From the IMG/VR virus record IMGVR_UViG_3300021957_000004: a stretch of 64,000 nt of DNA; one strand, written 5' to 3'. The stretch comes from a virus. The translations under genes were made by a program, and so were the position numbers. Positions 48,924-58,279 of this stretch are shown in pieces; positions within the stretch are counted from its first letter, which is position 1, and every line of letters begins with the position of its first letter. The notes below the pieces were generated by a model, which saw only the letters and a list, made by a program, of their open reading frames with translations, did not search any database and was not told the DNA's origin.

Positions 48924-49223
48924 ATGAAAAATATACAATTAGTTAGGCTTACATCCGGCGAAGAAATAATCGCTAACGTAGATCTAAATGGTATCGATAC
49001 TGATACTATAATCTTAAAAGATAGCATTGTTCTTATCCCAGCCGGCGAAGGCAAGATTGGATTTATGCCTTTTATGCCATACACTGAAGCTAAAGATGGA
49101 TTAGAAATTGATCTTAAGTTTGTTATGTTTATGGTCGAACCAAACAAACAGCTAGTGGAACAACACAGAGCAGCTACTTCTGAAATACAGATAGCAACAC
49201 CAAACACAGGAATCATAGTATAA
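48924..49223 (+). CDS. Conserved T4-like hypothetical protein (Sm-like)
   Basis: LVRLTSGEEIIA; GF.PFMPY. Confidence 0.65.
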   Translation: MKNIQLVRLTSGEEIIANVDLNGIDTDTIILKDSIVLIPAGEGKIGFMPFMPYTEAKDGLEIDLKFVMFMVEPNKQLVEQHRAATSEIQIATPNTGIIV

Positions 49224-49624
49224 TGTCTAAGAACTGGGTACAAGATATAGCTTTAATGCATAGCAAATATGGCGTTAAACAATGGGTTGCAGATAACCCT
49301 GAAAAGCTAGAACAGCTATTGCATTTTCGTATATCATTCTTAAAAGAAGAATATGAAGAAACATTTAAAGCAGTTGGAGAAAAAGATCCTGAAGAAATAG
49401 TAGATGGTCTAATAGATCTATGCGTTGTAGCAATTGGAACATTAGATGCATTCGGTATTGATTCCGAAAAAGCATGGGATGAAGTACTAAAAGCCAATAT
49501 GAAAAAAGAAGTTGGAGTAAAAGAAACAAGACCTAACCCTTTAGGTTTACCAGATTTGATTAAACCCGAAGGTTGGACAGCTCCATCACACGAGGATAAC
49601 CATGGTAAGTTGCACAATATTTAA
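49223..49624 (+). CDS. MazG-like all-alpha NTP pyrophosphohydrolase
   Basis: LKEEYEE, EIVDGLIDL, WDEVLKANM.K, LIKPEGW. Confidence 0.8.
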   Translation: MSKNWVQDIALMHSKYGVKQWVADNPEKLEQLLHFRISFLKEEYEETFKAVGEKDPEEIVDGLIDLCVVAIGTLDAFGIDSEKAWDEVLKANMKKEVGVKETRPNPLGLPDLIKPEGWTAPSHEDNHGKLHNI

Positions 49625-50519
49625 TAGCATTTATGATAACAAAACAGACAAAAGAATGGACTACGAGTCCTTCGAAGAGTTTGAAGCAGTCCTCGTTGGA
49701 CTACACAACTCTGACAAATATTCTAAAAAGTCTGAAGCTCCTCTTATCAGTCCTGCTACATATTTGCCTGATAGTACTCGTGCTAACGATAACGTGGTTT
49801 CTTGGGGCGGTTTTGGTATTCTTGATGTCGATGACTTTGTAGGTGAAATGAATGAGATCGAAAAGAAATACGAGCAATATAGATATTTCTGTTATTCGAC
49901 TGCTAGTTCTAGCTTAACAAATCCTAAATTTCGTTTAGTATTTCCTTTAACCCAATGGGTGAATAAAGAAGATATTAAACACTTTTGGTTTGCACTAAAT
50001 AAAGAAATCGGTGATATCGCTGATGCACAAACTAAAGACCTTTCCCGAATGTATTATGTTCCATCGCAATATAAAGATGCGAACAACTTCTGCTTTTCAC
50101 ACGATGGTGATATAATGGATCCGACAGTATTAATGTCTAAGCATCCATATCTAAATCCAGCAGAATCTTTCTTTGATAGATTACCTAATAAAATAAAAGA
50201 AGGTTTAATTGAACATAGAAAGTCACAATTAAAAAACACAAACTATACCTGGACATCTTATTTTGATTGTCCATTTGTTAATAAAAAACAGGTCGAAGAA
50301 TACAAAGGTATTTCCGGCACTGGTTGGTATTTAAAAATGTATCAGATAATGGTTTCAACCGCAGGCAATGCAATGCAACGTGGTTATCCTATTACTCCTG
50401 AAGAAATTGCCCATATCTGTAGATCTTTAGATATGGACACAGGTAATTGGTATGCAAAAAGAGATCTAGTAACAGAAGCAAATAGAGCAATCGACTTTGT
50501 CTTTAAAAATAATTTATAA
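49602..50519 (+). CDS. AEP/PrimPol-like primase
   Basis: SPATY, R.NDNV, LDVDD, YSTAS, KFRLVFPL, KDLSRMYYVP. Confidence 0.7.
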   Translation: MVSCTIFNSIYDNKTDKRMDYESFEEFEAVLVGLHNSDKYSKKSEAPLISPATYLPDSTRANDNVVSWGGFGILDVDDFVGEMNEIEKKYEQYRYFCYSTASSSLTNPKFRLVFPLTQWVNKEDIKHFWFALNKEIGDIADAQTKDLSRMYYVPSQYKDANNFCFSHDGDIMDPTVLMSKHPYLNPAESFFDRLPNKIKEGLIEHRKSQLKNTNYTWTSYFDCPFVNKKQVEEYKGISGTGWYLKMYQIMVSTAGNAMQRGYPITPEEIAHICRSLDMDTGNWYAKRDLVTEANRAIDFVFKNNL

Positions 50520-50524
50520 TATAT

Positions 50525-50600
50525 GGGGCGGTAGCTCAGTAGGGAGAGCGCCTGGTTTGCAACCAGGAGGTCGTGGGTTCGATCCCCTCTCGCTCCACCA
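50525..50600 (+). tRNA. tRNA-Ala (UGC)
   Basis: 76-nt cloverleaf; anticodon arm CCTGG-TTTGCAA-CCAGG; G3:U70 Ala identity pair; TTCGA T-loop; encoded CCA. Confidence 0.95.
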
Positions 50601-50614
50601 TTTAGGAGAATAAT

Positions 50615-50908
50615 ATGGGAATACAAGTACTAGGTGATAATGTTTTAATCGCCGAAACAGAAAAAGAAGAACAAACAGCAGGTGGGATTATTCTTACTGA
50701 AGCTATTGATAAAGGTAATAAACCAGGATTGGTATTAGCAATTGGTGATTATATCCAACAAGATAATGCAGATCCAGAAAACGTATTTGCTAAGATAGAA
50801 CCAGGAAACAGAGTGTTTGTTAAATGGTCAGAGGCAATGCCAGTTAACGTCGAAGGACAAGCTGCGGTATTAATAGATCGAAATCACATCAAAGCGATAT
50901 TAAGTTAA
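50615..50908 (+). CDS. groES: Co-chaperonin GroES-like
   Basis: LGDNVLI, EQTAGGIILT mobile loop, G.VLAIG. Confidence 0.85.
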   Translation: MGIQVLGDNVLIAETEKEEQTAGGIILTEAIDKGNKPGLVLAIGDYIQQDNADPENVFAKIEPGNRVFVKWSEAMPVNVEGQAAVLIDRNHIKAILS

Positions 50909-50914
50909 AAGGGG

Positions 50915-50943
50915 TTTACAAATACCTGAAACTATGGTATAAT
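50915..50943 (+). promoter_or_regulatory. Early promoter
   Basis: ggggTTTACA-17-tggTATAAT. Confidence 0.85.
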
Positions 50944-50954
50944 ACATCTATATT

Positions 50955-51467
50955 ATGGAAAAATTAATCGAATATATTAACACCTTAGACTTAAAAATAA
51001 GTCAGGAAATGTTTGACCGACATGATGAAGAATATGCTACTACTAAACGTGGCTATTCTTCTCGTGCTAATCTGGATTCAGAATATCTAGAAGACATGGT
51101 CGTAGAAAATGTAAAAGGCGCTAAAGAAGTTACTGGCAAAGATAGATATTTTGCCGATATTAAATACAAAGGTATGGTTATAGACTTTAAAGAAATAGCT
51201 TCTGTTTGGTATAACTTACAACATGATTACATTAGATATATGGATGCTAACCGCAAAGGTAAGCTTACCCATTTTCTATTTTTTAAAAGCAATAGACTAA
51301 GATACGACAACAATCTTCCAGATGTTATCCCAGTAGATTATGATCTAAAGTTTGAATTTTTAGGTATTTACGATGTAGATACCGTTATGAGTGGATTGGA
51401 TAGAAACATGAAACGAGTGAATGTATATAATTTAGGAGACAATTATGGCAGGCGAATCAACATTTAA
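50955..51467 (+). CDS. Hypothetical protein, possible PD-(D/E)xK nuclease
   Basis: SEYLE...ADI....IDFK spacing resembles the restriction-endonuclease fold. Confidence 0.45.
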   Translation: MEKLIEYINTLDLKISQEMFDRHDEEYATTKRGYSSRANLDSEYLEDMVVENVKGAKEVTGKDRYFADIKYKGMVIDFKEIASVWYNLQHDYIRYMDANRKGKLTHFLFFKSNRLRYDNNLPDVIPVDYDLKFEFLGIYDVDTVMSGLDRNMKRVNVYNLGDNYGRRINI

Positions 51468-52356
51468 AAAAGTAGGTATCACAGATACACTACATCATAG
51501 AATGGAAATACCAGAGGATTATCATGGTAAAGATATTATTATTGGTGATTGGTTGGGCGAAATATATCACACACCTACAGATCAATATTACACACAAAGT
51601 ACTAGATCACAATACTATTTTCCAGATGTAAAACCAGAAGGTGGATTCGATAAACATATTTGTCCAGGACATTGGTCTGGATATAGATGGGCAGTTCAAC
51701 AATTTACAAATCCTGGTGATTATGTTTTAGATCCTACAGTAGGTACAGGAACAGCAGTTGTAGAATCTATGAATCATGGAAGACATGGCGTAGGAATAGA
51801 ATTAGAATTCTCAGAGATTACAAGAAGAACAATTCAAGTACAAACAGACAGAGGTGCACCAGGTAATGGTACTATTATAGAAGGTGACGCTAGAGATCTA
51901 CACGAACACGTTGGAGATCAACAATTTGATATGGTAATTAATGGAACACCTTATCCAGTTCTTGGCGGTGGTCAATCAGATGCACCAGAAAGAGGTATGA
52001 CTTCTAAAGGTTTAGGAGCATCGATACAATATCAGAAAGATAAAAACGTTGGTGTTCTAAAAGGTAAAGTATACTGGGAAACCATACTAGAAATATATAC
52101 AGCTTCTATAGAGAAATTAAAACCAGGCGGAAAGTTTATTACGCTTATTAAAGATCCAACACAAAAGAAAGCTCCATGGTTATTACACAAAATGGTTGCT
52201 GAATTACTAATGGAAAATCTTCCAGTAAAACCTTATGGTACTTTTGTACACAAGCATTTGCCACAAACTTTGTTTATGAATACATATCCAAAACAATGGC
52301 CAGATGCAAAACAGATTCCCTTATATCAAACAGGTACAGTGCTTGAAAAATATTAG
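51445..52356 (+). CDS. SAM-dependent amino-methyltransferase-like protein (N4/N6 DNA MTase fold, atypical motif IV)
   Basis: VLDPTVGTGT, GIELE, EGDAR, FDMVINGTPYP, LKPGG. Confidence 0.75.
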   Translation: MAGESTFKKVGITDTLHHRMEIPEDYHGKDIIIGDWLGEIYHTPTDQYYTQSTRSQYYFPDVKPEGGFDKHICPGHWSGYRWAVQQFTNPGDYVLDPTVGTGTAVVESMNHGRHGVGIELEFSEITRRTIQVQTDRGAPGNGTIIEGDARDLHEHVGDQQFDMVINGTPYPVLGGGQSDAPERGMTSKGLGASIQYQKDKNVGVLKGKVYWETILEIYTASIEKLKPGGKFITLIKDPTQKKAPWLLHKMVAELLMENLPVKPYGTFVHKHLPQTLFMNTYPKQWPDAKQIPLYQTGTVLEKY

Positions 52357-52359
52357 GGG

Positions 52360-52388
52360 TTTACTTTTAACTAAAACTATGGTATAAT
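52360..52388 (+). promoter_or_regulatory. Early promoter, 7 nt before ATG 52396
   Basis: ggggTTTACT-17-tggTATAAT. Confidence 0.85.
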
Positions 52389-52395
52389 ATACATT

Positions 52396-52743
52396 ATGAA
52401 ACCACTACACATACTTAAACAAGCCGCTGATCTTATAGCTAAGAAAGGCAATGACTACCAAAATCCTAAATCTAGGATTAGACAATCAGACTACTATCCA
52501 AATGGCGCACAAACCATTTTAGATATTATGACTGGCAAAGTTAATCGTATGCATTCTGTTTTGGATGCTATGAAAGACGATGAAAACTATATGGAAAACT
52601 TCGAATCACTACAAGATTCTGCAATAGATTTAATTAACTATTCTGCCTTCTTCTCATCATATTTAGATTATGATATTGACGGCCAAACCCCAGACAAAGA
52701 CATATTTAACAGGAACATAATCAGAGATGACAATAGCAAGTAA
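52396..52743 (+). CDS. Nucleotide-modification-associated all-alpha protein (DUF1599/Nmad1-like)
   Basis: KKGNDY, K..R, DSAIDLINYSAF. Confidence 0.65.
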   Translation: MKPLHILKQAADLIAKKGNDYQNPKSRIRQSDYYPNGAQTILDIMTGKVNRMHSVLDAMKDDENYMENFESLQDSAIDLINYSAFFSSYLDYDIDGQTPDKDIFNRNIIRDDNSK

Positions 52744-53458
52744 TTTAAAACTAGGATTACACGACTTAAGAAGTAATTTATTAAATCTTGGTTATGAAAT
52801 AGAAACCGAAAGATGGCAAGGTGGAACAGAACATCCTGCCTTCCTAGAAATATTACATGCAAGTATGAAAGCAAATATGTACGATAATGCAGAAGAAGCT
52901 AGTACAGAATTAAAAGCTACCCAACCATGGGCAGATATTCATTTCGACGAAAGAGTAGGTGGTATACCTTGCAATCCACCGCCATCACATACAATGTGGT
53001 TAAAAGACACAGATAAATATTTAATGGATACGGCTTTTTCACATAGCTATCCAGAAAGAATGTGGCAAGATACAGAACAAATGGGAGTTAGATTTAATAT
53101 AGCAGATCTAAACACAGCAGTTAAACTATTACAAAAAGAACCTAAAACAAGGCAATGTTATATACCAATCTGGTTTCCAGAAGATGGTACAGCCGCTCTC
53201 GCGGGCGAACGCGTCCCGTGCACGTTCGGGTGGCATTTTATGTTACGTGATGGTAAATTACATTGTGCATATCATATGCGATCATGCGATGTAATGCGAC
53301 ACTTACATAACGATTTATATTTCGCTAATAGGTTATGCTTATGGTTAATAGAACAATCAGGCTTAGATGCAGTACCAGGAATCATGCATTTCTCTGCTAG
53401 CTCTTTACATTGCTTTACAGTAGATAAATATGGACTTAACAATTTGGTAAATGAATAA
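52727..53458 (+). CDS. Thymidylate-synthase homologue, dCMP-type (hydroxymethylase-like)
   Basis: RVPCT catalytic Cys; MRSCDVMRHLHND with Asp at the E. coli ThyA Asn177 position; SLH. Confidence 0.8.
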   Translation: MTIASNLKLGLHDLRSNLLNLGYEIETERWQGGTEHPAFLEILHASMKANMYDNAEEASTELKATQPWADIHFDERVGGIPCNPPPSHTMWLKDTDKYLMDTAFSHSYPERMWQDTEQMGVRFNIADLNTAVKLLQKEPKTRQCYIPIWFPEDGTAALAGERVPCTFGWHFMLRDGKLHCAYHMRSCDVMRHLHNDLYFANRLCLWLIEQSGLDAVPGIMHFSASSLHCFTVDKYGLNNLVNE

Positions 53459-54774
53459 TGTGCGGATTTTTAATAAGCAATAGAACACAAACAACAGCTA
53501 ATGGAATGCAATCTCTTAAAGAGATGGAATACCGTGGGCTAAGAACTAAGTATCGTGGATATAAAACATGGAAAGATTATGATATGTTCCATACTGCTTT
53601 ACCTATGATCGATGCAGATCCAGCTATAGCAATCCAACCTATTCAATACGATGACGAACCACCTTCACTTTTTGTTGGTGAAATATTTAATTATAAAGAC
53701 TTTGGTGAATATGCAAGCGATGCTCATATGATACATCAAAGATATAGAGAAGAACTTTCACATGAATTCTTTCATAAGTTCGATGGCTTCTGGAGTTATG
53801 TTACATTTTTTAATGAACATCCAATTGCTTATACAGATTTCCTAGGTATTAAACCAATCTATTATCGTAAAGATGTAGAAGTTATGGCATCAGAACCTGA
53901 TGTACTAAAAGCCTATGGCCCAGTCACACCGGATGAAATATTCCATTCTAATGTTATGAAATGGGGTTATGATCCCCAAGGCGGAACACCATGGAATGAA
54001 ATACATCAACTAAAGCCTGGACACTTTTTATATAAAGGTCGAGAATATCCTTATTGGGATTGGGCTTCAGTTCCGGTGACCAATTTGTACGATGACCTAG
54101 CCTTAGCGGTTAAATTAAGATTAGGTGGATTCAGAGAAGCAGCCGTTCTACTGTCAGGTGGGTTAGACTCCACTATCGTATACCAACTTATTAAACAGCA
54201 AGGACTAAACGTTACAGCTATTCATGTTGATAACCACGAAGAAAAATATGCTAAGATGGTAGAAGCCGATTTAGTAAAAGTTACTTTAGAAGAGGTTAGC
54301 GATCAGGATGCTATTAGAATACACCAAAGCCCTGTAGATCTTGGATCAGTTAAACCACAAATTGCTATGGCAAGAAAGCTAAAAGAAGAAGGTTACCATA
54401 TGGTATTAACCGGCGATGGCGCAGATGAACTATTTGGTGGCTATAGAAGAGCAGAAGAATATGATTCTCAAATGTCAGATGTGTTCTGTGAATTACCTTT
54501 TTACCATTTGCCTAAGCTAGATAGAACTATGATGAGATCAACTGTAGAGCTACGTGCTCCATTCTTATCGCCAGCAGTTATAGTTCATGCATTATCTATT
54601 CCATACGAAGATAGAAACGGCGAAAAGAAAGTATTAAAAGAAACATTTAAAGATATTGTTCCACCTAAAATACTAAATCGTAAAAAAGAACCATTAAAGA
54701 CAGATGCTATACGTGAAGATAAAATGAAGCAAAGACAAATTAATAATAAAATATGGAGAGAGCTTTATGAGTGA
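53458..54774 (+). CDS. Asparagine synthetase B-like glutamine amidotransferase
   Basis: N-terminal MCG, GEIFNY, D.LGIKPIYY, LLSGGLDS, TGDGADELFGGY, ELRAPFL. Confidence 0.9.
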   Translation: MCGFLISNRTQTTANGMQSLKEMEYRGLRTKYRGYKTWKDYDMFHTALPMIDADPAIAIQPIQYDDEPPSLFVGEIFNYKDFGEYASDAHMIHQRYREELSHEFFHKFDGFWSYVTFFNEHPIAYTDFLGIKPIYYRKDVEVMASEPDVLKAYGPVTPDEIFHSNVMKWGYDPQGGTPWNEIHQLKPGHFLYKGREYPYWDWASVPVTNLYDDLALAVKLRLGGFREAAVLLSGGLDSTIVYQLIKQQGLNVTAIHVDNHEEKYAKMVEADLVKVTLEEVSDQDAIRIHQSPVDLGSVKPQIAMARKLKEEGYHMVLTGDGADELFGGYRRAEEYDSQMSDVFCELPFYHLPKLDRTMMRSTVELRAPFLSPAVIVHALSIPYEDRNGEKKVLKETFKDIVPPKILNRKKEPLKTDAIREDKMKQRQINNKIWRELYE

Positions 54775-55213
54775 TAAATGGGATAAAAGATACTTAGCTT
54801 TAGCTGAGCAGGTCGCTGGTTGGAGTAAAGATCCAAGTACGCAGGTTGGCGCAGTTGCTGTAAACGATCAAGGTAATGTTGTTGCTCAAGGATATAATGG
54901 ATTTCCAAGAGGCATAGAAGACACCGAATTAAGATATAATGACAGAGAGCTTAAATATAAATATGTGGTACATGCAGAAACAAACTGTATATACAATGCG
55001 GCATTTAATGGTAATTCATTAGATGGATGTACAATGTATGTTTGGCCATTACCAGTATGCCATGAATGTGCAAAAGCCATTATACAATCAGGAGTTTGCA
55101 GAGTTGTGTCCCCACAATTTACTAATTCCGAAACCGAGCTAAGATGGAAAGATTCATGCTCACAAACCCTGGATATGTTTGAAGAAGCTTATATCCAATA
55201 TGATTTCATTTAG
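54767..55213 (+). CDS. dCMP deaminase
   Basis: SKDPSTQVGA, GYNGFPRG, HAETN, PVCHECAK. Confidence 0.93.
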   Translation: MSDKWDKRYLALAEQVAGWSKDPSTQVGAVAVNDQGNVVAQGYNGFPRGIEDTELRYNDRELKYKYVVHAETNCIYNAAFNGNSLDGCTMYVWPLPVCHECAKAIIQSGVCRVVSPQFTNSETELRWKDSCSQTLDMFEEAYIQYDFI

Positions 55214-55216
55214 GGG

Positions 55217-55245
55217 TTTACAAACACCTTAATCTGTGGTATAAT
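55217..55245 (+). promoter_or_regulatory. Early promoter
   Basis: ggggTTTACA-17-tggTATAAT. Confidence 0.85.
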
Positions 55246-55276
55246 GTACCATACAAACAAATAATAAGAGGAATTA

Positions 55277-55528
55277 ATGCCAAGTATAAATTTAATGCCT
55301 AGGAAAAGACATCCTAAGGATAAAAGACCTTCTAGCCCAATGCCATTCGATATTGCGTTAAGAAAGTTTAGAAAGGCCTGCGATAGAGCAGGTATTGTTA
55401 ACGAAGTTCGTAAAAGAGAATTTTATGAAAAACCAACCGCAAAGCGCAAACGTAAAAAAGCAGAGGCAGTAGCCCGAACCAGAAAAGAAGAGCGTATGAA
55501 TAAACTAGGACCAGCAAGGAGATATTAA
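55277..55528 (+). CDS. rpsU: Ribosomal protein bS21 with a basic Pro-rich N-terminal insertion
   Basis: [39 protein letters not shown]. Confidence 0.92.
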   Translation: MPSINLMPRKRHPKDKRPSSPMPFDIALRKFRKACDRAGIVNEVRKREFYEKPTAKRKRKKAEAVARTRKEERMNKLGPARRY

Positions 55529-55529
55529 T

Positions 55530-56579
55530 ATGGGAATAATGGATAAACTAAAAAAGAATAGCAGGATTAAAGGTACAGCAGTACTAGAAGATTCTATTTA
55601 CTTTGGAGAAAAAGACGTAGTAACGACAGAAGTTCCTATGATTAATGTTGCTTTAAGTGGCGATATAGAAGGTGGGCTTACAAACGGTTTAACTGTTTTA
55701 GCAGGTCCAAGTAAACATTTTAAAACATCATTTGCCTTATTAATGGCAGGTGCTTATATGAAAGAACACGATGATGCAGTTCTAATGTTCTATGATTCAG
55801 AGTTTGGATCACCACAATCATATTTCGAATCATTCGGTATCGATACTTCAAGAGTATTACATACACCAATCACAGACGTAGAACAACTAAAATTCGATCT
55901 AGTTAACCAATTAGATGAGATAGAACGCGACGATAAAGTTATTATTATCATAGATTCTATTGGTAACTTAGCATCTAAAAAAGAATTAGAAGATGCTTTA
56001 AACGAAAAATCAGTTGCAGATATGTCAAGAGCTAAAGCTTTAAAGGGATTATTCAGGATGGTTACTCCTTATCTTACCATGAAGAATATCCCTTTGCTTG
56101 CTGTGAATCACACTTATCAAGAAATGGGATTATTTCCTAAAGCAATCGTATCAGGCGGAACAGGTATTTACTATTCAGCAGATAACATTTGGATTATAGG
56201 AAGACAACAACAAAAAGTTGGAACAGAAGTTAAAGGTTATAACTTTGTTATTAATGTAGAGAAATCTAGATTCGTAAAAGAAAAAAGCAAAGTACCTATT
56301 TCGGTTACCTGGGAAGGTGGCATTAGCCAATATAGTGGACTACTAGATGTAGCACTGGCAGGTGGATATGTACAAAAACCTAACGTTGGTTGGTATTGTA
56401 GAGTCGATAGAGAAACTGGCGAACTAGTACAACCAAAGGTTAGAGAGAAAGATACCCTCACAGAAGAATTCTGGGATCCAATATTCACTGGCACAGATTT
56501 TAAAAAGTTTGTTAAAGCCCACTACTCTATTGGACATAAACCAATGTTAGATGTAGAAATAGATTTACAAGAAGAGTAA
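55530..56579 (+). CDS. uvsX: RecA-like recombinase UvsX
   Basis: AGPSKHFKT, FYDSEFG, DSIGNLAS, KSRFVKEK. Confidence 0.96.
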   Translation: MGIMDKLKKNSRIKGTAVLEDSIYFGEKDVVTTEVPMINVALSGDIEGGLTNGLTVLAGPSKHFKTSFALLMAGAYMKEHDDAVLMFYDSEFGSPQSYFESFGIDTSRVLHTPITDVEQLKFDLVNQLDEIERDDKVIIIIDSIGNLASKKELEDALNEKSVADMSRAKALKGLFRMVTPYLTMKNIPLLAVNHTYQEMGLFPKAIVSGGTGIYYSADNIWIIGRQQQKVGTEVKGYNFVINVEKSRFVKEKSKVPISVTWEGGISQYSGLLDVALAGGYVQKPNVGWYCRVDRETGELVQPKVREKDTLTEEFWDPIFTGTDFKKFVKAHYSIGHKPMLDVEIDLQEE

Positions 56580-56583
56580 AATA

Positions 56584-56916
56584 GTGTATAATATAACACA
56601 TAATGATTATACCTTTGTTGAACATGAGGATATCGATTTCTACGGAATTAGATTAAATAATAAATACAAAGGCGTAAAACTTATATACGGTAAAGTCGGG
56701 ATTAAAGAATCCCCTGAACTAGACATAGCAACTTTATCTTTTACATATCAGATCCAAGATCCATCAGATCACGATCATGACGAATTATGTAAAGATGAAT
56801 ATTTTAATAACTATATCGGAGCCGTTTTACAACATATAATTGATGAAGCGGTAGAAGACAAATTAAACGAGGATATAATTGGACATAACAAATCAAATAC
56901 AGACACATTCGCTTAA
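56584..56916 (+). CDS. gp40-like head vertex assembly chaperone
   Basis: Syntenic between uvsX and gp41; YGKV..LSF.Y. Confidence 0.55.
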   Translation: MYNITHNDYTFVEHEDIDFYGIRLNNKYKGVKLIYGKVGIKESPELDIATLSFTYQIQDPSDHDHDELCKDEYFNNYIGAVLQHIIDEAVEDKLNEDIIGHNKSNTDTFA

Positions 56917-58267
56917 TCACTTATTAAACAACGAGGATTATTGCAGGCGTGTTATACCTTTCTTAAAGAAAGAATACTTTGACGAATCACATAAAGTTGT
57001 ATTCGATCTTATGGTTAAGTTTGTTGCAGCTCATAACAAACTACCTACAGCCAAAGTTCTAGAGTTAGAACTACAAAAACTAAAACTACCGCATGAACAA
57101 TTAAATTCATCTGCGGTATTAATTAATGAGCTAAGAACTAAATCAGATGTTGATACTGAATATTTAATTAATGAAACTGAGAAATGGTGCAAAGAAAAAG
57201 CAGTCTATAATGCTATTATGGAATCCATTCAGATCATTGATGGTAAAACCGAAAAGAGCGACGGAGCTATCCCAGAGATATTATCCGAAGCTCTTGGTAC
57301 ATCTTTCGACCAAGCTATTGGTCATGATTATATTGACAACTCAGATGATAGGTTTGATTTCTATAATAAGAAAGAAAACAGAATACCATTTGATCTAGAT
57401 TATATGAATAAGATTACGAAGGGAGGCTTACCCAATAAGACCTTAAACATTGCGCTAGCAGGTACCGGCGTGGGTAAGTCCCTATTCATGTGTCATTGTG
57501 CAGCATCTAATTTACAACTCGGCAAAAACGTTTTATACATTACAATGGAAATGGCAGAAGAACGTATAGCAGAAAGAATAGATGCTAACCTAATGGATTA
57601 TCCAATACAATCTCTTGGTACTTTACCAAAGAATGTGTTTAACAGTAAGATCGAAAAGATTGCTCAGGCATCTATCGGTAAGCTTATTGTTAAAGAATAT
57701 CCAACAGGCGCAGCACACACTGGACATTTCAGAGCTTTACTCAATGAGTTAAAGCTAAAAAAGAACTTCAAGCCCGATATAATTTATATCGATTACTTGA
57801 ACATTTGTGCTTCTTCCCGTATGCGTGGGCTCGGAGGAAGTATAAATAGTTATTCGTACATCAAAGCTATCGCAGAGGAAATGCGTGGTCTTGCTGTCGA
57901 ATTTAATGTGCCGATAATGTCAGCAACCCAGACCACGAGGTCTGGATTCGGTAATACCGACGTTGGCTTAGAGGACACTTCGGAATCATTTGGATTACCG
58001 GCGACAGCTGATCTAATGTTTGCTCTAATATCTACAGAGGAACTTGATGAGCTAGGTCAAATTCTGGTAAAACAGTTGAAGAATCGTTATAACGATCCGA
58101 CCAAATACAAACGCTTTGTTATTGGTATAGATCGTTCCCGCATGAAACTATACGATGTAGAGGAATCCGCTCAGACAGATATTATGTCTGACATGATACC
58201 GGATAAACCAATAAATAATTTTGGTAATAGGGATTCGAAAGATACCTTTACCGATTTTAAAATATAG
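56879..58267 (+). CDS. gp41: Replicative helicase gp41
   Basis: LAGTGVGKSL, ITMEMAEE, IDYLNIC, SESFGLPATAD, KQLKNRY. Confidence 0.96.
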   Translation: MDITNQIQTHSLNHLLNNEDYCRRVIPFLKKEYFDESHKVVFDLMVKFVAAHNKLPTAKVLELELQKLKLPHEQLNSSAVLINELRTKSDVDTEYLINETEKWCKEKAVYNAIMESIQIIDGKTEKSDGAIPEILSEALGTSFDQAIGHDYIDNSDDRFDFYNKKENRIPFDLDYMNKITKGGLPNKTLNIALAGTGVGKSLFMCHCAASNLQLGKNVLYITMEMAEERIAERIDANLMDYPIQSLGTLPKNVFNSKIEKIAQASIGKLIVKEYPTGAAHTGHFRALLNELKLKKNFKPDIIYIDYLNICASSRMRGLGGSINSYSYIKAIAEEMRGLAVEFNVPIMSATQTTRSGFGNTDVGLEDTSESFGLPATADLMFALISTEELDELGQILVKQLKNRYNDPTKYKRFVIGIDRSRMKLYDVEESAQTDIMSDMIPDKPINNFGNRDSKDTFTDFKI

Positions 58268-58279
58268 AGGAAAAAAAAT

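Noticed and set aside
53458-54774. AsnB as a simple amino-acid auxiliary metabolic gene, or as a QueC/7-deazaguanine pathway component
   Set aside because: Coupled between a TS homologue and dCMP deaminase; no folE, queD, queE or dpdA in the window and no QueC zinc motif; a metabolic role is not excluded but less parsimonious
19597-58267. Introns, inteins or homing endonucleases in gp17, gp43, gp41 or uvsX
   Set aside because: ORFs are continuous and of ordinary length, with no intein or endonuclease motifs seen
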